A DNA stretch of 63,572 bases, counting the filler, from Thraustochytrium aureum (Eukaryota), in assembly GCA_012862495.1 (NCBI GenBank). It is 4 parts of 4 records of this genome, joined end to end, with 100 filler letters (N's around TTAATTAATTAA, not from the genome) between each part and the next. Parts side by side here need not be neighbours in the genome. Positions count along the whole stretch, not along the records: positions 1 to 21,532 come from BLSG01000220.1; 3 more parts are not named here. The stretch is one strand, 5' to 3'. The notes under the pieces are model-generated. The model saw only the letters and a program-made list of their open reading frames with translations, was not told the origin of the DNA and made no database searches. The translations under genes were made by a program, and so were the position numbers. Shown in pieces: positions 1 to 12,400 of the stretch; positions within the stretch are counted from its first letter, which is position 1, and each line of letters starts with the position of its first letter.

Positions 1-2
1 CG

Positions 3-1261
3 CTACCGCAGGACGAGGCAACGCGCGAAGCAGAGAAGAAGCGGCGCTGGGACGCGCTCACGTTCGGTCTGCACGACGCCATCGAGCGCTTCGATGACCG
101 GCTCATCTTCTTCAACTCGTGGGCGCAGCCCTACCCCTTGACGCGCGCCTGGTGCGTCTGGGAGATCTATGGTGCGGCCAAGCTCGGCAAGAGTCTAGAC
201 CTGCTATTTGCCCCGGGCGCCGTCGACAACTTTATGGCGACGCTCAACAGTGACTTCCACAGAGTCATGCAGAGCTTGGCAGACGTTGACATGCGCACGG
301 CCGAGTGCCACAGCGCCCAAGACTTGGAGATGATTCATAAAGCCGTGACAGACTCGGTGGGCTTCGACAACCTGAACAGCCAGATTGCTGGACTCCTGCG
401 CGAGTGGCTGATCGCGACCGCCAAGCGGGCAGTGGAGAATGCGAAAGGGGGAAGCGGCAGCCAAGTCGATCTGGCGCTTGTGCTCAACAACGTTGGGGGG
501 TTGGTGAGAGAGCACGGCGACAACGACCTCGCGCTGCGGTTTTATCAGCAAGCCCTGGCCCTCGGCAAGGAGGCGCTGGGGAGTAACCACCCAAAAGTGG
601 CCGTGTACCACAGCAACATCGGCGTAGTCTGCACCTCGCAGGGGAGGCTGGATGAGGCGCTGCAGCACTACTTGGAGGCGCTGCCATTGACAAGAAGGTT
701 TACGGGGAGAACCACCCTGAAGTGGCCACTGATCTAAGCAATGTTGGCGAAGCCTACATGGTGCAGGGCAGGTACGAGGAGGCCCTGCGACACAACGAGC
801 AGGCGCTGGCCATCGGGAAGGCCGCGCTCGGGGGCTCGCACCCACTTGTTGCGACTTACCTCAACAATTTGGGCGCCACGTACTACGCGCAGGACATGCC
901 CGACGAAGCGCAGCGTCACCACGAGCAGGCCCTGGCCATTCGCAAGAAGGCACTCGGGGAGAACCACCCAGACGTAGCTGCAAGCCTCAACAACCTTGGT
1001 TTGGCATTCTACGCGCAGGGCCGGTACGACGAGGCGCTGCAACACCACGAGCAGGCCTTGGCAATCCACAAGAAGGCCCTCGGCGCGGAACACCCTGACG
1101 TAGCCACTGACCTCAACAACATCGGCGCCGCGTACAAGGCGCACGGCAAGAGCGACGAGGCACATGCTGCCTTCTCCAAGGCGCTGGCGATCCGCACGGC
1201 CGTTTTCGGCGTCGACCATCCACGAACACTCAACACCAAGGCTTGGCTTGACAGCCTCTGA
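3..1261 (+). CDS. TPR-repeat protein (six 42-aa kinesin-light-chain-type TPRs) preceded by an LTRAWCxWE domain; 5'-truncated, one frameshift
   Basis: The frame is open from base 3 (…FFNSWAQPYPLTRAWCVWEIYGA…). Repeats follow the pattern VAxxLNNLGxxYxxQGRYDEALxxxEQALAIxKKALGxxHP. Adding one base near 684 restores LAIDKKVYGENHPE and joins ORFs 138-737 and 722-1261. Confidence 0.9.
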
Positions 1262-1744
1262 GCACAAAGAGCGACCTGCCCTCCGTGAGGAAGGCGGCCA
1301 AACCTGGCGCGGAGACGGCCGTCATCAGGCGATTATTTAGTTTTGGGGGAGCAAGACAAGGGTGAAGCATCCATCGAGTTGCTCATAGGGACTTGTGCCT
1401 GCCGCTATTGCCTTTCGAGACTGCTCGCTCCCCCGCAAGATTCTGAACCACAGTCGACGCTCCAAGAGTCTCACTTGGTTTATGCGTTGTGTTGTATGCA
1501 CGCCATTATGTCCAGAACTTCGTTTTCTGGCCNNNNNNNNNNNNNNNNNNNNNNNNNNNNNNNNNNNNNNNNNNNNNNNNNNNNNNNNNNNNNNNNNNNN
1601 NNNNNNNNNNNNNNNNNNNNNNNNNNNNNNNNNNNNNNNNNNNNNNNNNNNNNNNNNNNNNNNNNNNNNNNNNNNNNNNNNNNNNNNNNNNNNNNNNNNN
1701 NNNNNNNNNNNNNNNNNNNNNNNNNNNNNNNNNNNNNNNNNNCG

Positions 1745-2026
1745 CTCGGCATTCTTCTCGGAGAGATGGTGGAGCGAAGGCGGCCCTTCCACAGCGTCCC
1801 TTTGATAGCAGTTCCTGGCCTTTTGCAGAGCGGCGAACGACCCACCCTGTCGAGGCGATCAGCGACTTTTCCGGACTGGGTCTTTCACTTGATCCAGTCT
1901 TGTTGGGCCGGCGGCCGCTTGGACCGCCCAACCGCCAGGGAGGCTGCTGCAGTATTCGAGTCCAACCTGCCCGTCGAGGTCGTCTCGTTCGACTCACACG
2001 ACGAGCAGGCCCTGGCCTGTTCGTAG
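1745..2026 (+). CDS. Protein kinase C-lobe fragment (TKL-like, subdomains IX-XI); N-lobe is in the gap or lost
   Basis: LGILLGEMVERRRPF…GERP…LIQSCWAGGRLDRPTA matches kinase subdomains IX-XI. It is preceded by an N gap. Confidence 0.6.
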   Translation, partial: LGILLGEMVERRRPFHSVPLIAVPGLLQSGERPTLSRRSATFPDWVFHLIQSCWAGGRLDRPTAREAAAVFESNLPVEVVSFDSHDEQALACS

Positions 2027-2510
2027 CTCGCCACCCGGCGCCTCAGCGCGCATTTCTTCCGCTCCGGCCTCGGTCCAGCGACCTGAAAAAGCATGCAAAT
2101 CCACGGGGCATCGATAGTTGAGCTCGACGTCAGCTGTCTCGTGTTTTCTTGACAAGAAGGCAGCACACGAAAAATAAATAAAAGAACGGTTTGTTCATTG
2201 AGTACTCTACCGTGGTACAACCACAGTCGGTCTGCCAGGCGCGGCTGCGTCGGCAGCCCAGCTCCGCGAGCGCCAAACCCGCCACACCTCCAACTCGCCA
2301 AAACGCGGCGCCACCCGCTGCTGGGTCGGGGGCACCACTTTTTGCGGCGAGTCTTTTTCGTCGTTTTTTTGGCCTGCAAGGCGGCGGCAGTCCGCGTTGT
2401 CCATCCACGGAGGGACGGCGGCGCGAGCGTCCGTTGACGCGAGCGTGCGCGGGCTGCTGGTTTGCCACGCTACGCGCGCCATTTTGCCTCGGGTGCGTCG
2501 CTTGGCATGG

Positions 2511-3092
2511 ATGAGCGAGTCCACTCTGGTGGGCGAGCTGGCGGCTCGACTTGCAGGACGCCGCCCCGCTGGTGAACAGACTCGACGCGGCTCGCCCGGC
2601 GACCTGCTCTTCGGCTGCGATGCGGTGGAGCAGCGGTGGGAAGCCGGGGAATGCGTCAAGCTCAGCGTCGTGGAGGTCGTGGCTGCGCGGGCTCGGCTTG
2701 GGAGGAAAGTGGAGGACGTGGCTGCGAAGCTCGAAGCGAGCCACACCGCCGCGGAGGCTTGGGCCGACCAGGTTCGAGGCGGGGTTGGCGAATGCAGGCA
2801 AGGGATCGACGAGGCGTTGCGCCTCGTGGAGATCGTGCAGCGGACCGCGAGGCATGTGGAAGCGCTGCTTGACAGGGCCGTGGACGAGCAGCTCGCGTTG
2901 CGAGAAAGGGCAACGAGCGCGGCGCTCGCCGCGCTCGCCGCTGCGGCTGCGGCGGACGGCGACGGGCACCTTCGCCAGGGCCAACCTAGTGCGCGAGAGG
3001 GGACCCTTGCAGAGGTGAGCGTGCCGACGAGCGCGGGCGACCAGGCGCGGCTGGATGCCTTTTTTGGTGGCGACTTGGACGCCGACGAGTAG
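2511..3092 (+). CDS. Hypothetical helical/coiled-coil protein
   Basis: ATG at 2511, a helical Ala/Glu-rich translation with an acidic C-terminus, and more AT-rich flanks. No family recognised. Confidence 0.45.
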   Translation: MSESTLVGELAARLAGRRPAGEQTRRGSPGDLLFGCDAVEQRWEAGECVKLSVVEVVAARARLGRKVEDVAAKLEASHTAAEAWADQVRGGVGECRQGIDEALRLVEIVQRTARHVEALLDRAVDEQLALRERATSAALAALAAAAAADGDGHLRQGQPSAREGTLAEVSVPTSAGDQARLDAFFGGDLDADE

Positions 3093-3437
3093 ATTATGCG
3101 GCAGGCGCGCTTGCCAGCTGCTCGCTGTTTGACAACTTTAGAAAGCACCCGATTGATTGGGTTGATGCCCGTATGTAGCCTCCGAAAGCCATCTCGCCCT
3201 CGGCAGAGGCAGCAGCTCCAGAGACGCTCTCATCTGCATCTGACTCAACCATTCTGCTGCTACCAATGGCTTGCTTTTGATTGATCAAGAAAAGTACATG
3301 GCGATCGGCCCGCGCTTGGCCGCGCTCGCGCGCTCTCGCAGCCATTGTGCCAAGAACGGCAAGGGGCGCGCGCGGACAGTTAACAGCCGTTGAGGGTTGC
3401 GGTTTGTCGCGCTCGAGGGCGAGCCTCTCACGTACAA

Positions 3438-6400
3438 CTACACCGACGCGGTTGGGCGCGGCGTCGGGCTACGCGTCGGGAAGCGGGTCGGATGTAGCGT
3501 CTTGGGGGCGCGCAGAGTCGGGGCGAACGTGGGCACAGCCTTGGGCGGAGGCGTCGCGCTCGTGGCAAGACACGCTTGGTCAAAGTCCACGTCAATCGCC
3601 AGATCAAAGCCCAGATTGTACGACCATTTGCTGCGATGAACCTCGACAGCGACGAGATTGTCCCCGTCGACGAGCACGCCGCTGCCCGCGTAGTCGCGAA
3701 GTCCAGCGTCGGCGTTGCCGTTTCCGCTCACCGCCGCGAACGTCGCTGCTGTAGCGTCGCGAGCGAGTGTTTCGCTTCGAAACCACTCGTGCCCGTTCAA
3801 GTACGCCGCATACTCGTCCTCCGCGAAGAGGCGCGGCCTGATCGCGACCGCGCAGTGCGCCTTTTCCACGCTAAAGTGCTTACGAAAATACATGGTAATG
3901 GGCGACTCTGGCACGCCGCCTTTGCCAGTGTCCGTGCCGAGGTACCAAGCCCCAAACCCAACCGGCGCTACCGGCGCAGCTACCCAGCCCTGCTCGCTCG
4001 TGGCTGCGAGCGCCCAGGCCGGCGTGCGCAACGGCGTCACGCTCGGCTCGCTTGACTGCGCCTCGTCAGTATACAGCCAGCCCGGTCCTTTGCGCTGGAC
4101 CAGGGCGAGGGTCTTGTTGAGCACGCACGTTTGTCCTGTCAGGTCCACGACCTCCCCGGCGCGCGACGCGTCGGCACAGGTCTGCGCGACGGAGCTGGAA
4201 AGGGTCAGGTCAAAGCTCACGTCGCTGTAGCGCTTGTGAACCTCCACAGCGATGAGGTTCCTGGCCCCAGAGGACGAAAGCACCGGCGCCCCGCTCGCGA
4301 GCAAGTCAACCTGGAAGCCGTAGAAGCGGGTCTCGCTCCCGCTGTCCAAGGCAAGCGTGTCCTTGTTGACCTCGCCGGTGGGAAGACGAACGCGGTGGAC
4401 CTCAACGCCGTTCACATACACGATGCAGCCAGCGTCGCACAGCAAGCCAAAGTCTAGCGCGAGCGCGTCGCGCGTGAGAGGGAGCTCGCGAACAAAGTAT
4501 ACCGTTGTTGGCCACGGCGACGCGGACACGACGGTCGTGTCGTCTTCCTCGCCGTTGTTGAAGCCGAGCTTGCCCTTACCGAAAGGGAGCGACGCAACGA
4601 CCGGAGGACTGGGTGCTGGCCACCCTTCCGGCGCCTCGCCTGCGACATAGCGCCACTCCGACTTGGCGGCCACAGAGCCGAGCGTTACGTTGTACTCCGG
4701 GGCGGGCACGCAGCTTCCTCGAAAGCAAACGTCGCCTGGGGAGGCGCAGTCGAGGCCAAGCCCACGCCGCGTGTCTGGGCCGAGGTGCACAGCTTGGAGA
4801 ACAGGCGCCCACAGCCAATCGGCGGTGTTGTCCACGAGGCCGTCGCAGTCGTTGTCGAGGCCGTCACACCGCTCTGGCTCTGGCACTCGAGCCGTGCAGC
4901 CCGAGTAGACCCCGTTCGCACAAGTCTCGACCCCGACCCCGCAAGGCGTCCAGCACTGGCGCTGGAGCGGACCGCCATTTTCAGCTCGGTCCACGCGGCC
5001 GTCGCCGTCGTCGTCCAGGCCGTTGCAAGTCTCTGGTGTCGCTCGCGGCCCCGAGCAAGACCGCACGCGGTCCAAGAGCAGCTCCACATCGAAAGAGAGG
5101 TCTTCGCTAGCGGATGTAGAGCGTTGGTGCACCTCCACGCTGAGCAGGTTGGCGCCCTCGATGAGTGCGCTGGTCTCGAGCTCCACTGCAAAGTAGGTGC
5201 GCTCGTGCGGCTGGTGCGCCAGTGCGGGATCCGAGCTCCTGAGCGGGCCGTCCGGGAGGTTGACGCGGTACACCTCGACCCCATTAAGTGATACCAGCGC
5301 GCCCTCGTCGTAAATCAGGCCCAACGTCAGCTTCGACACGCAGGCCGAGTCGCGCACGTCGATCCAGCGCCGAAAGTAGGCGGTGATGCCTCGACTCGGG
5401 TGCTCCACGTTGGTCTCCTCGTCGCCGTCCCCGAATCCGAGCTCGCCGTGGCCGGAAGGCCACCCCGAGTCGTCAAACATGGGATGCTGGTATCCGACCG
5501 GCTTGGCAGCGTTCGGGTTGTGATCGGTCCCGTCGTTGCTGAACCTCCACTGCTCCTGCTTGTAGAGGGCTTGACACCGCTGCGTCGCGTCGCAACCGGG
5601 CGCGCTAGCTGTGACCGACACATCGACAAACTCGGCCGCTTCGGGGTGCAGTTCGACCACGAGTATGTCTGCGGCGGGCCCGGCGAGGGCGCAGACCTCG
5701 CTGTGAATGTGCGCTTTATTTCCGAACGGCGCTGTCTGTGGCTGGCGCCCGCTCAGCGAGTCGCAGTCTTTGAAGACCGACTTGCCGAGGGGAACGACCC
5801 GGCCAACGCTCGCCGTCTCAGGGAACGCGACCACGAGCGGGGCCGAGGAGCAACCCCCCACAAGCGCGCCAACGTGCAGCGTGCGCCCCTGCATGAATGC
5901 TAGCGCCTGCGCCCCGGGCCCGTCGACGTGCGTGAAGGTTGCTGTGTACGTGGCCGAATCAATCACGTTGGCGACAAACTCAAAGTGGAGCAGCGGGTGA
6001 AACCCGTTGACCGTGCGTTCCTCGTCCCAGTCCATGAACGGGCTCACTGTGATCACCTTGCTCGCCCCGCTCGAGTCGGTCCAGGCCAGCTCGAGTCTTA
6101 GGCCACGCATCAATGCCGGGTCGTCATTCTTCTCGACAATGTCAAATTCGATGCCAAGCGTTCGAAAGCATACGTTCGAGCAAAGGTGCGCGTTCCAGGG
6201 CTCGCGCAACTCGCACTTGGCTTGGTCGAGGATCTCGGGCGTGCTCGAAACTGCAAACTGATTGGAGCTCGGCAACCATATCGCTTGCTGCCACAGCGCG
6301 CTGCCGCGCTCAAGTGCGCCGGAATACAGGCCAAAGAGGGCCTCCCGTGCGCCAGGCAGGAAAGGAAGCGGGTCAAGGTGAACCAAGTTGGACCCGGTCA

Positions 6401-8667
6401 AAACGCGCGGCGCGACGAGCGAGTTGCGAGCATCAAAAGCGCCGTCCATGCGGCGCGTCGACGTGGATAGGGCACCCGCAGGACGGCACGAGAGCGGGAC
6501 ATAGTTTGCAAACTCGCAACCAGCAATGCTGCTGCCGCCCTGGGCCTGCGTGTGAGTGCTGAAGCGCGTCTCGTGAAGGCGCACGCCGACCAGGGGCATG
6601 AAGCGTTGGTACCCGTTTCCTGCGATCGAGCGGCCAACGGGAAAGTCGGCGCGGTTGGCGCCGGCGGGGACGTCGTGCAGATAAATTGCCGGAGTGTGGC
6701 AGCCGCCGTCCACGACGCACTCCACCGTGTATGACGAGTAGCAATCCTTCGGGTTGCCCACATTGTCGGTCTCGCCGACAAACAGACTGTCGTCGATGGT
6801 GACGTCCTGCACGTCGTCGAGGTCGACGCCGACCTGGTTGTCCGCAACGACAAGGCCCGTGAACCGGAGAGAGTCGCTGTTGTGCACAAACACGCCGGCG
6901 CGCTTGTTTTTGTACGAGAACAGCTCCGACAGGACAGACTGGCCACCGCCCTCGAGGCGCGGCCGGTAGCCGTGTGGGTACGTTCGCAAGCCAACCTCGA
7001 GGTTGCTGTGCGCAACGTTGCCCTCGAAGCGGTGCAGGCCGAGCGATCGCGTCGAGATGCCTTGGCCCTCGGGAAGCATCTTGCTTGGGCCGCGGATCGC
7101 ACCGAATTCAAACCAGAACCCGCTGTGGCTGCCGGCAGCGACGTTTCCGATCCACGTATTGTTTGGGTTGGTGATCCAGAAAGTCGACGGCCGCGTGTCT
7201 GTGTTGCCCTCGGGCTGGACGATGAGTTTCGTGACGGGGTAGTTGACCAAACCAATGTTTCTGATGAACCGGTTGCCCACTTCGGCGCCGTCTTCGAGCA
7301 TGTAGCAATGGCCGCGCGTGCGCAGCGCTACGTTCATCTCCACGTTTAGGTAGTGCGTCCCGTGCACAACCACGCAGCGCTGGTTCGTGTCGTGGATCGA
7401 GTTGTGCGTCACCTTGGAGAGCCCCAGCGTATCGCGGCACATGTGAAAGTGGAGGGGGTACCGTCCCATTGTCCCTTGTTGGCCCATGTTGAAGAGCTCG
7501 ACCCCCACGATGGTCTGTTGCCTGGCAGTATGAACGACAATCAAGTGCCCACCATGCAGCTCGTCCGTGGCGTCGGCCTGGCCGCTGATCGTGATCCGCC
7601 GCGTCACGAGCGCCACCTCGGCAGCTTGGCGGATCCCGTGGGGGCGAAGCGTGGACCCGGGCACTGCAAAGTCGGCGGACCAATGGTTTTCTCAAGCGGC
7701 GCGTCCAGCGAGATCACCACGGTGCCTTGCGTGCGCCAGCTCAAGTCCAACCACGGTTCGCTCCTCGGTGTCTTCGTAGCTGAAGTCGGTGCTTGCTACG
7801 GCCAGGCGATCCCCGACCGACCAGCAGCTTAGTAGGTTTGAGGCTGCTGACACGACGATGGTGGAGGCGCCCGGCAGAACTGTCTGCGACAGGTGCACCC
7901 ACGTCGAGCAAGCCGGGTCAAGACCGACGATCGTGACACGGCCTCCGACAACCGCAAAGGCCTTGTGGCCGATCGTGCCAGTCCGTCGCTCGCCGTTGCT
8001 CGCAGTGCGGCTCTTGTGGACAGCGGCGTTTTCAAGTAGCATTTCGGCGCGGCCTGGGGTTGTGGTCAGGACAAAGTCAAGCTTGTGTGAGAATGGCTGT
8101 TGCTCCGACCCAGCCAACAGTTGGCCTTCCACGAGAACGTATCTCGACTCGATCACGCGGTCGGCGTTGTCCTCGATGCGGAGGGAATCCTTCCACGTGA
8201 AGGCCGCTAAGCTTGATGAGCGTCAGCTTTTGGTTGTCCAGTGTCACGGCGGTCCCGCAAGGAATTGTAGCAACGCCATTCTTGATGCTGACTCCGCTCG
8301 GCCACGACCGCCAGTTTACGTTGCCAGACTCTAGCGCGCTGTTGCAGCCAAGGGCCTGGTATGAGAGGATGTGAGCAGTGCCCTCGCCGCTTTTATTGTT
8401 GGGTTCGCTGGTGGGCTTGAGCGCAGGGGTTGGTGTTGGCGCCGATACCGGGGCTGCGTCGCCTTTCTGGCGTTTCCGGCGCCTGCCGAGGTCTCGCCGG
8501 CCGCTCTTGTCGCGACTGTAGACGTCCTGCCGAGCCCGCACTTCGCTTGCGAGGAGGTCCTCGAGGTGGCGAGATGGCTGGGTGATCGAGCCGGCGTTCG
8601 CGGTTGCGCTCCCAAGACATGTTGCAACGGCTGCGACGAGAGCGAGCCGCCGCAAGGCGCGCATCAT
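3438..8667 (-). CDS. Secreted G8-domain/CEMIP-TMEM2-PKHD1L1-like beta-helix protein with three C-terminal beta-sandwich repeats, two MopE-type Cys/Asp motifs and a PT-rich tail (frameshifts near 8190 and 7700)
   Basis: Signal peptide MMRALRRLALVAAVATCLG. G8 domain (IPCGTAVTLD…VEG…LLAGSEQQPF). Family motifs WSVGDRLAVASTD, AEVALVTRRITISG, MGQQGTMGRYPLHFH, RCVVVHGTH, GHCYMLEDGAE and FWITNPNN. Joins ORFs 8077-8898, 7692-8156 and 3438-7664. Confidence 0.88.
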
Positions 8668-9458
8668 CGCCGACACCACCGAGCTGTTTTGATCGAAGGG
8701 ACCTGAAAGATTGTTGCGCTCACGTTGGGTTCGGGATCTGACCTGCTTGCGCCTCGATCGCGGCTCTCGCGTAAAGAGCCGCGAACTAGGTGGCACCAAG
8801 TACCACACCAAACCCCAGCTCGCTACTCGAAGTGAGGAGGTACAAAGGTAGTTGGTCTGGTGTGGTCTGGCTCGTTCCGAACTGCAACAATTGACCACCC
8901 AAGGGCGTGGATGAGCGGATCTCTCTCCGCCTTGGTTGGTAGTGCTCTACAAACGCTGTGGCTAGTGGCTTTAGCATTGGGGCCGTGNNNNNNNNNNNNN
9001 NNNNNNNNNNNNNNNNNNNNNNNNNNNNNNNNNNNNNNNNNNNNNNNNNNNNNNNNNNNNNNNNNNNNNNNNAAACACAAGCGATCCAACGCGCGCGGCG
9101 GCGACCGGAGAGGAGACACTTGGTCGTTGCCGTTGACAAAATCAAACGAACGGAGCGCTAACGTGGAACGGACAAGTAGCCCGACTCTGCTTCATCTGGA
9201 TGGCCCGCGCGGCTACATTCGCGGTGTTGTTTTCACGGGAAAGGTGGTCGATTCGATTCGGACTCGTTCTTCGGCCAGGGCAGAGCGACACGCGTGTAGC
9301 ACGGGGCAGCGCCGGGAACAAGCTGAACTGGAGCTCGAGAGAGATTTGGTGCAAAAAAAAAGATGAAAGAATTCTTGCGCGAGGTCACGGGCGAATCCGC
9401 GCGCACCCCAACGGTCGTGGCTTGCAGCTTGCGGCTGACTTGCAGCTCAACAGCGGCC

Positions 9459-12400
9459 TCAGCGCCGCTGGTGGTTGATAAAGGACATCACGGTAAAGGT
9501 GAGGAGGCGCAGGCCAATGATCCAAGCGCAAAGGACGCCGAGGTCCGTGAAGCGGTTCTCGTAATGGTAGTCCTTGGCAAAGTCGTCCAGCACAAAGGTC
9601 CGGGCCTTCATCTGAATCCCGCTGAGCTCCTTGAGCGAGTGGAGCGGGTTGCCCCAGTGAAAGTGGCCGTCAGGCGCCGTGGTGCAGAGCGGAAGCGATG
9701 CATTCGGAAAGAAGTGATGCACGAACTCCGCCGCTGGGCCAGTGAGCTTGAGGGGAACGCCCGCCGGAAGGCAGATCACCTCCTCGAGATCGTGAAACTG
9801 CGTGCTGATGAGGCCCTCCGAGCTGTACTTGAAAAAGGAAATCTCGTACAGCCACACATAGTACCACTGCAGATTCTGCTTGGGGACCATGATGCCGCAA
9901 AAGGTCATGAGCGTGATGAGCAGGGCGACACTGGCGAGCTGCGCTGCGAGCGCATCCGGGAAAAGCGAGGCCGAGAAGAGACCCATGCTCGTCATGAGGA
10001 GCAGGATGAGGAAGATGGCCACGGTGAAGTAGACGAACGGGAACCAGGTCTCCGTGTTCAGGTTGGTGAGAAAGTAGATGAGGGGCACGGTCGTGGCGAC
10101 TTGCACAATGATCCAGGGCACCTCTACGAAGCCCTCGGCGAGGTTGAAGCTCCAGACGCTGTACATGTTTTGCGCGCGCTCCCTGTAGTACAGTGCGCGG
10201 CGCGAGAGCGCAAAGGGCACCAGGGTGTACAGGNNNNNNNNNNNNNNNNNNNNNNNNNNNNNNNNNNNNNNNNNNNNNNNNNNNNNNNNNNNNNNNNNNN
10301 NNNNNNNNNNNNNNNNNNNNNNNNNNNNNNNNNNNNNNNNNNNNNNNNNNNNNNNNNNNNNNNNNNNNNNNNNNNNNNNNNNNNNNNNNNNNNNNNNNNN
10401 NNNNNNNNNNNNNNNNNNNNNNNNNNNNNNNNNNNNNNNNNNNNNNNNNNNNNNNNNNNNNNNNNNNNNNNNNNNNNNNNNNNNNNNNNNNNNNNNNNNN
10501 NNNNNNNNNNNNNNNNNNNNNNNNNNNNNNNNNNNNNNNNNNNNNNNNNNNNNNNNNNNNNNNNNNNNNNNNNNNNNNNNNNNNNNNNNNNNNNNNNNNN
10601 NNNNNNNNNNNNNNNNNNNNNNNNNNNNNNNNNNNNNNNNNNNNNNNNNNNNNNNNNNNNNNNNNNNNNNNNNNNNNNNNNNNNNNNNNNNNNNNNNNNN
10701 NNNNNNNNNNNNNNNNNNNNNNNNNNNNNNNNNNNNNNNNNNNNNNNNNNNNNNNNNNNNNNNNNNNNNNNNNNNNNNNNNNNNNNNNNNNNNNNNNNNN
10801 NNNNNNNNNNNNNNNNNNNNNNNNNNNNNNNNNNNNNNNNNNNNNNNNNNNNNNNNNNNNNNNNNNNNNNNNNNNNNNNNNNNNNNNNNNNNNNNNNNNN
10901 NNNNNNNNNNNNNNNNNNNNNNNNNNNNNNNNNNNNNNNNNNNNNNNNNNNNNNNNNNNNNNNNNNNNNNNNNNNNNNNNNNNNNNNNNNNNNNNNNNNN
11001 NNNNNNNNNNNNNNNNNNNNNNNNNNNNNNNNNNNNNNNNNNNNNNNNNNNNNNNNNNNNNNNNNNNNNNNNNNNNNNNNNNNNNNNNNNNNNNNNNNNN
11101 NNNNNNNNNNNNNNNNNNNNNNNNNNNNNNNNNNNNNNNNNNNNNNNNNNNNNNNNNNNNNNNNNNNNNNNNNNNNNNNNNNNNNNNNNNNNNNNNNNNN
11201 NNNTGACGTCCATGAGGGTCGTCTTGCCCGCCCCGGAGCTGCCCATGAGCGCAGTCATGCGACCTGGCAGGGCGTAAAAGCTGACGCCCTTGAGGAAGTC
11301 GATCGGCTCGCCCTGGATCGGGATCGTGTACCACAGGTCTTTGATGATGAGCGTCTTGGCCGGGGTCTGCAGCATGCTGAGACCTTGCGGGGACACGTGC
11401 GCGTTGCGGCGCGATTGGATCGAGGCGAGGACCGAGGGCGGCGTGTCGATGAAGCCGCCGTTGGCCCCGAGGGGCGTCAAAGCCGCCGAGGCGGACGCGC
11501 CCGTGTCCGAGCCAATCATTGGGCTCACGAGAGGGGAGCCCCGTTGCGGCGAGGTTGTGGAGCGCGCGCGGCGAGACGGCGTCCAGGTACTTGCTGTGCT
11601 CGTAGTCGCGCTTCTCGTCATTGATCTCCTTGGTGGTACGCTTGCCGGCTTGGTCGTCCCCCTTGGGTTCGGGCACGGCGCCCACCTTTTCGGTCTCGAA
11701 GCGGACGTTGTTGAGCGCATAGGCCATCACAGAGAGGAACAGTCCGATGAAGAAAAAGTTGACAACAACGGCGCCGGGAATGTAGCGGTCGTCGCTGCGC
11801 ACCTCGCGCACCTCGAGAAAGTACTCGCGGCAGTTGACGGGGAGCGTGAGCTCGATGTCAACGATCTTGAAGTGGCACCAAAAGTGGTCGTACTCGGGCG
11901 TGTGGTACTCGTTGATGGCTAGCGCGCGGTACGACCACGCGAAGGGGTTGATCCACATGAGCCAGCGGAAGGCCAGGGGGATCATCGACTCTGTGGAGAG
12001 CGCCCCTGAGGCCACGACGGAAAGAATGAGGTAGAGCGCGGCGCAAACGATGCCCGTGTCCTCGTCCGGGGTGATGAAGGGAAACATAGTCATGAGCGTG
12101 TTCATGCAAAACCCAAACGAGATGCAGACGGCCAGAAAGACCATGAAAGCGTCAAAGTGTGGGGCAAGGCCGCACATCCAGTACAGCGCGCTGCCGAAAC
12201 AGGCGACGTCAAAGCAGACAAAGGGCATCGAGACGATCCACTGCGCCAGCGTGAACTGGCTCGCAGAGTAGAATCGCGCCTCGATGTGCTTGTAGAACAC
12301 GGGCCGCTGCTGGCTGATGATCTGGACTACCGGGAACGCGGTGGAGACGAGGAAGATGAGCGCCATGGCGAAGAGCATCGCCTTGAGCCACCAATCGCTG

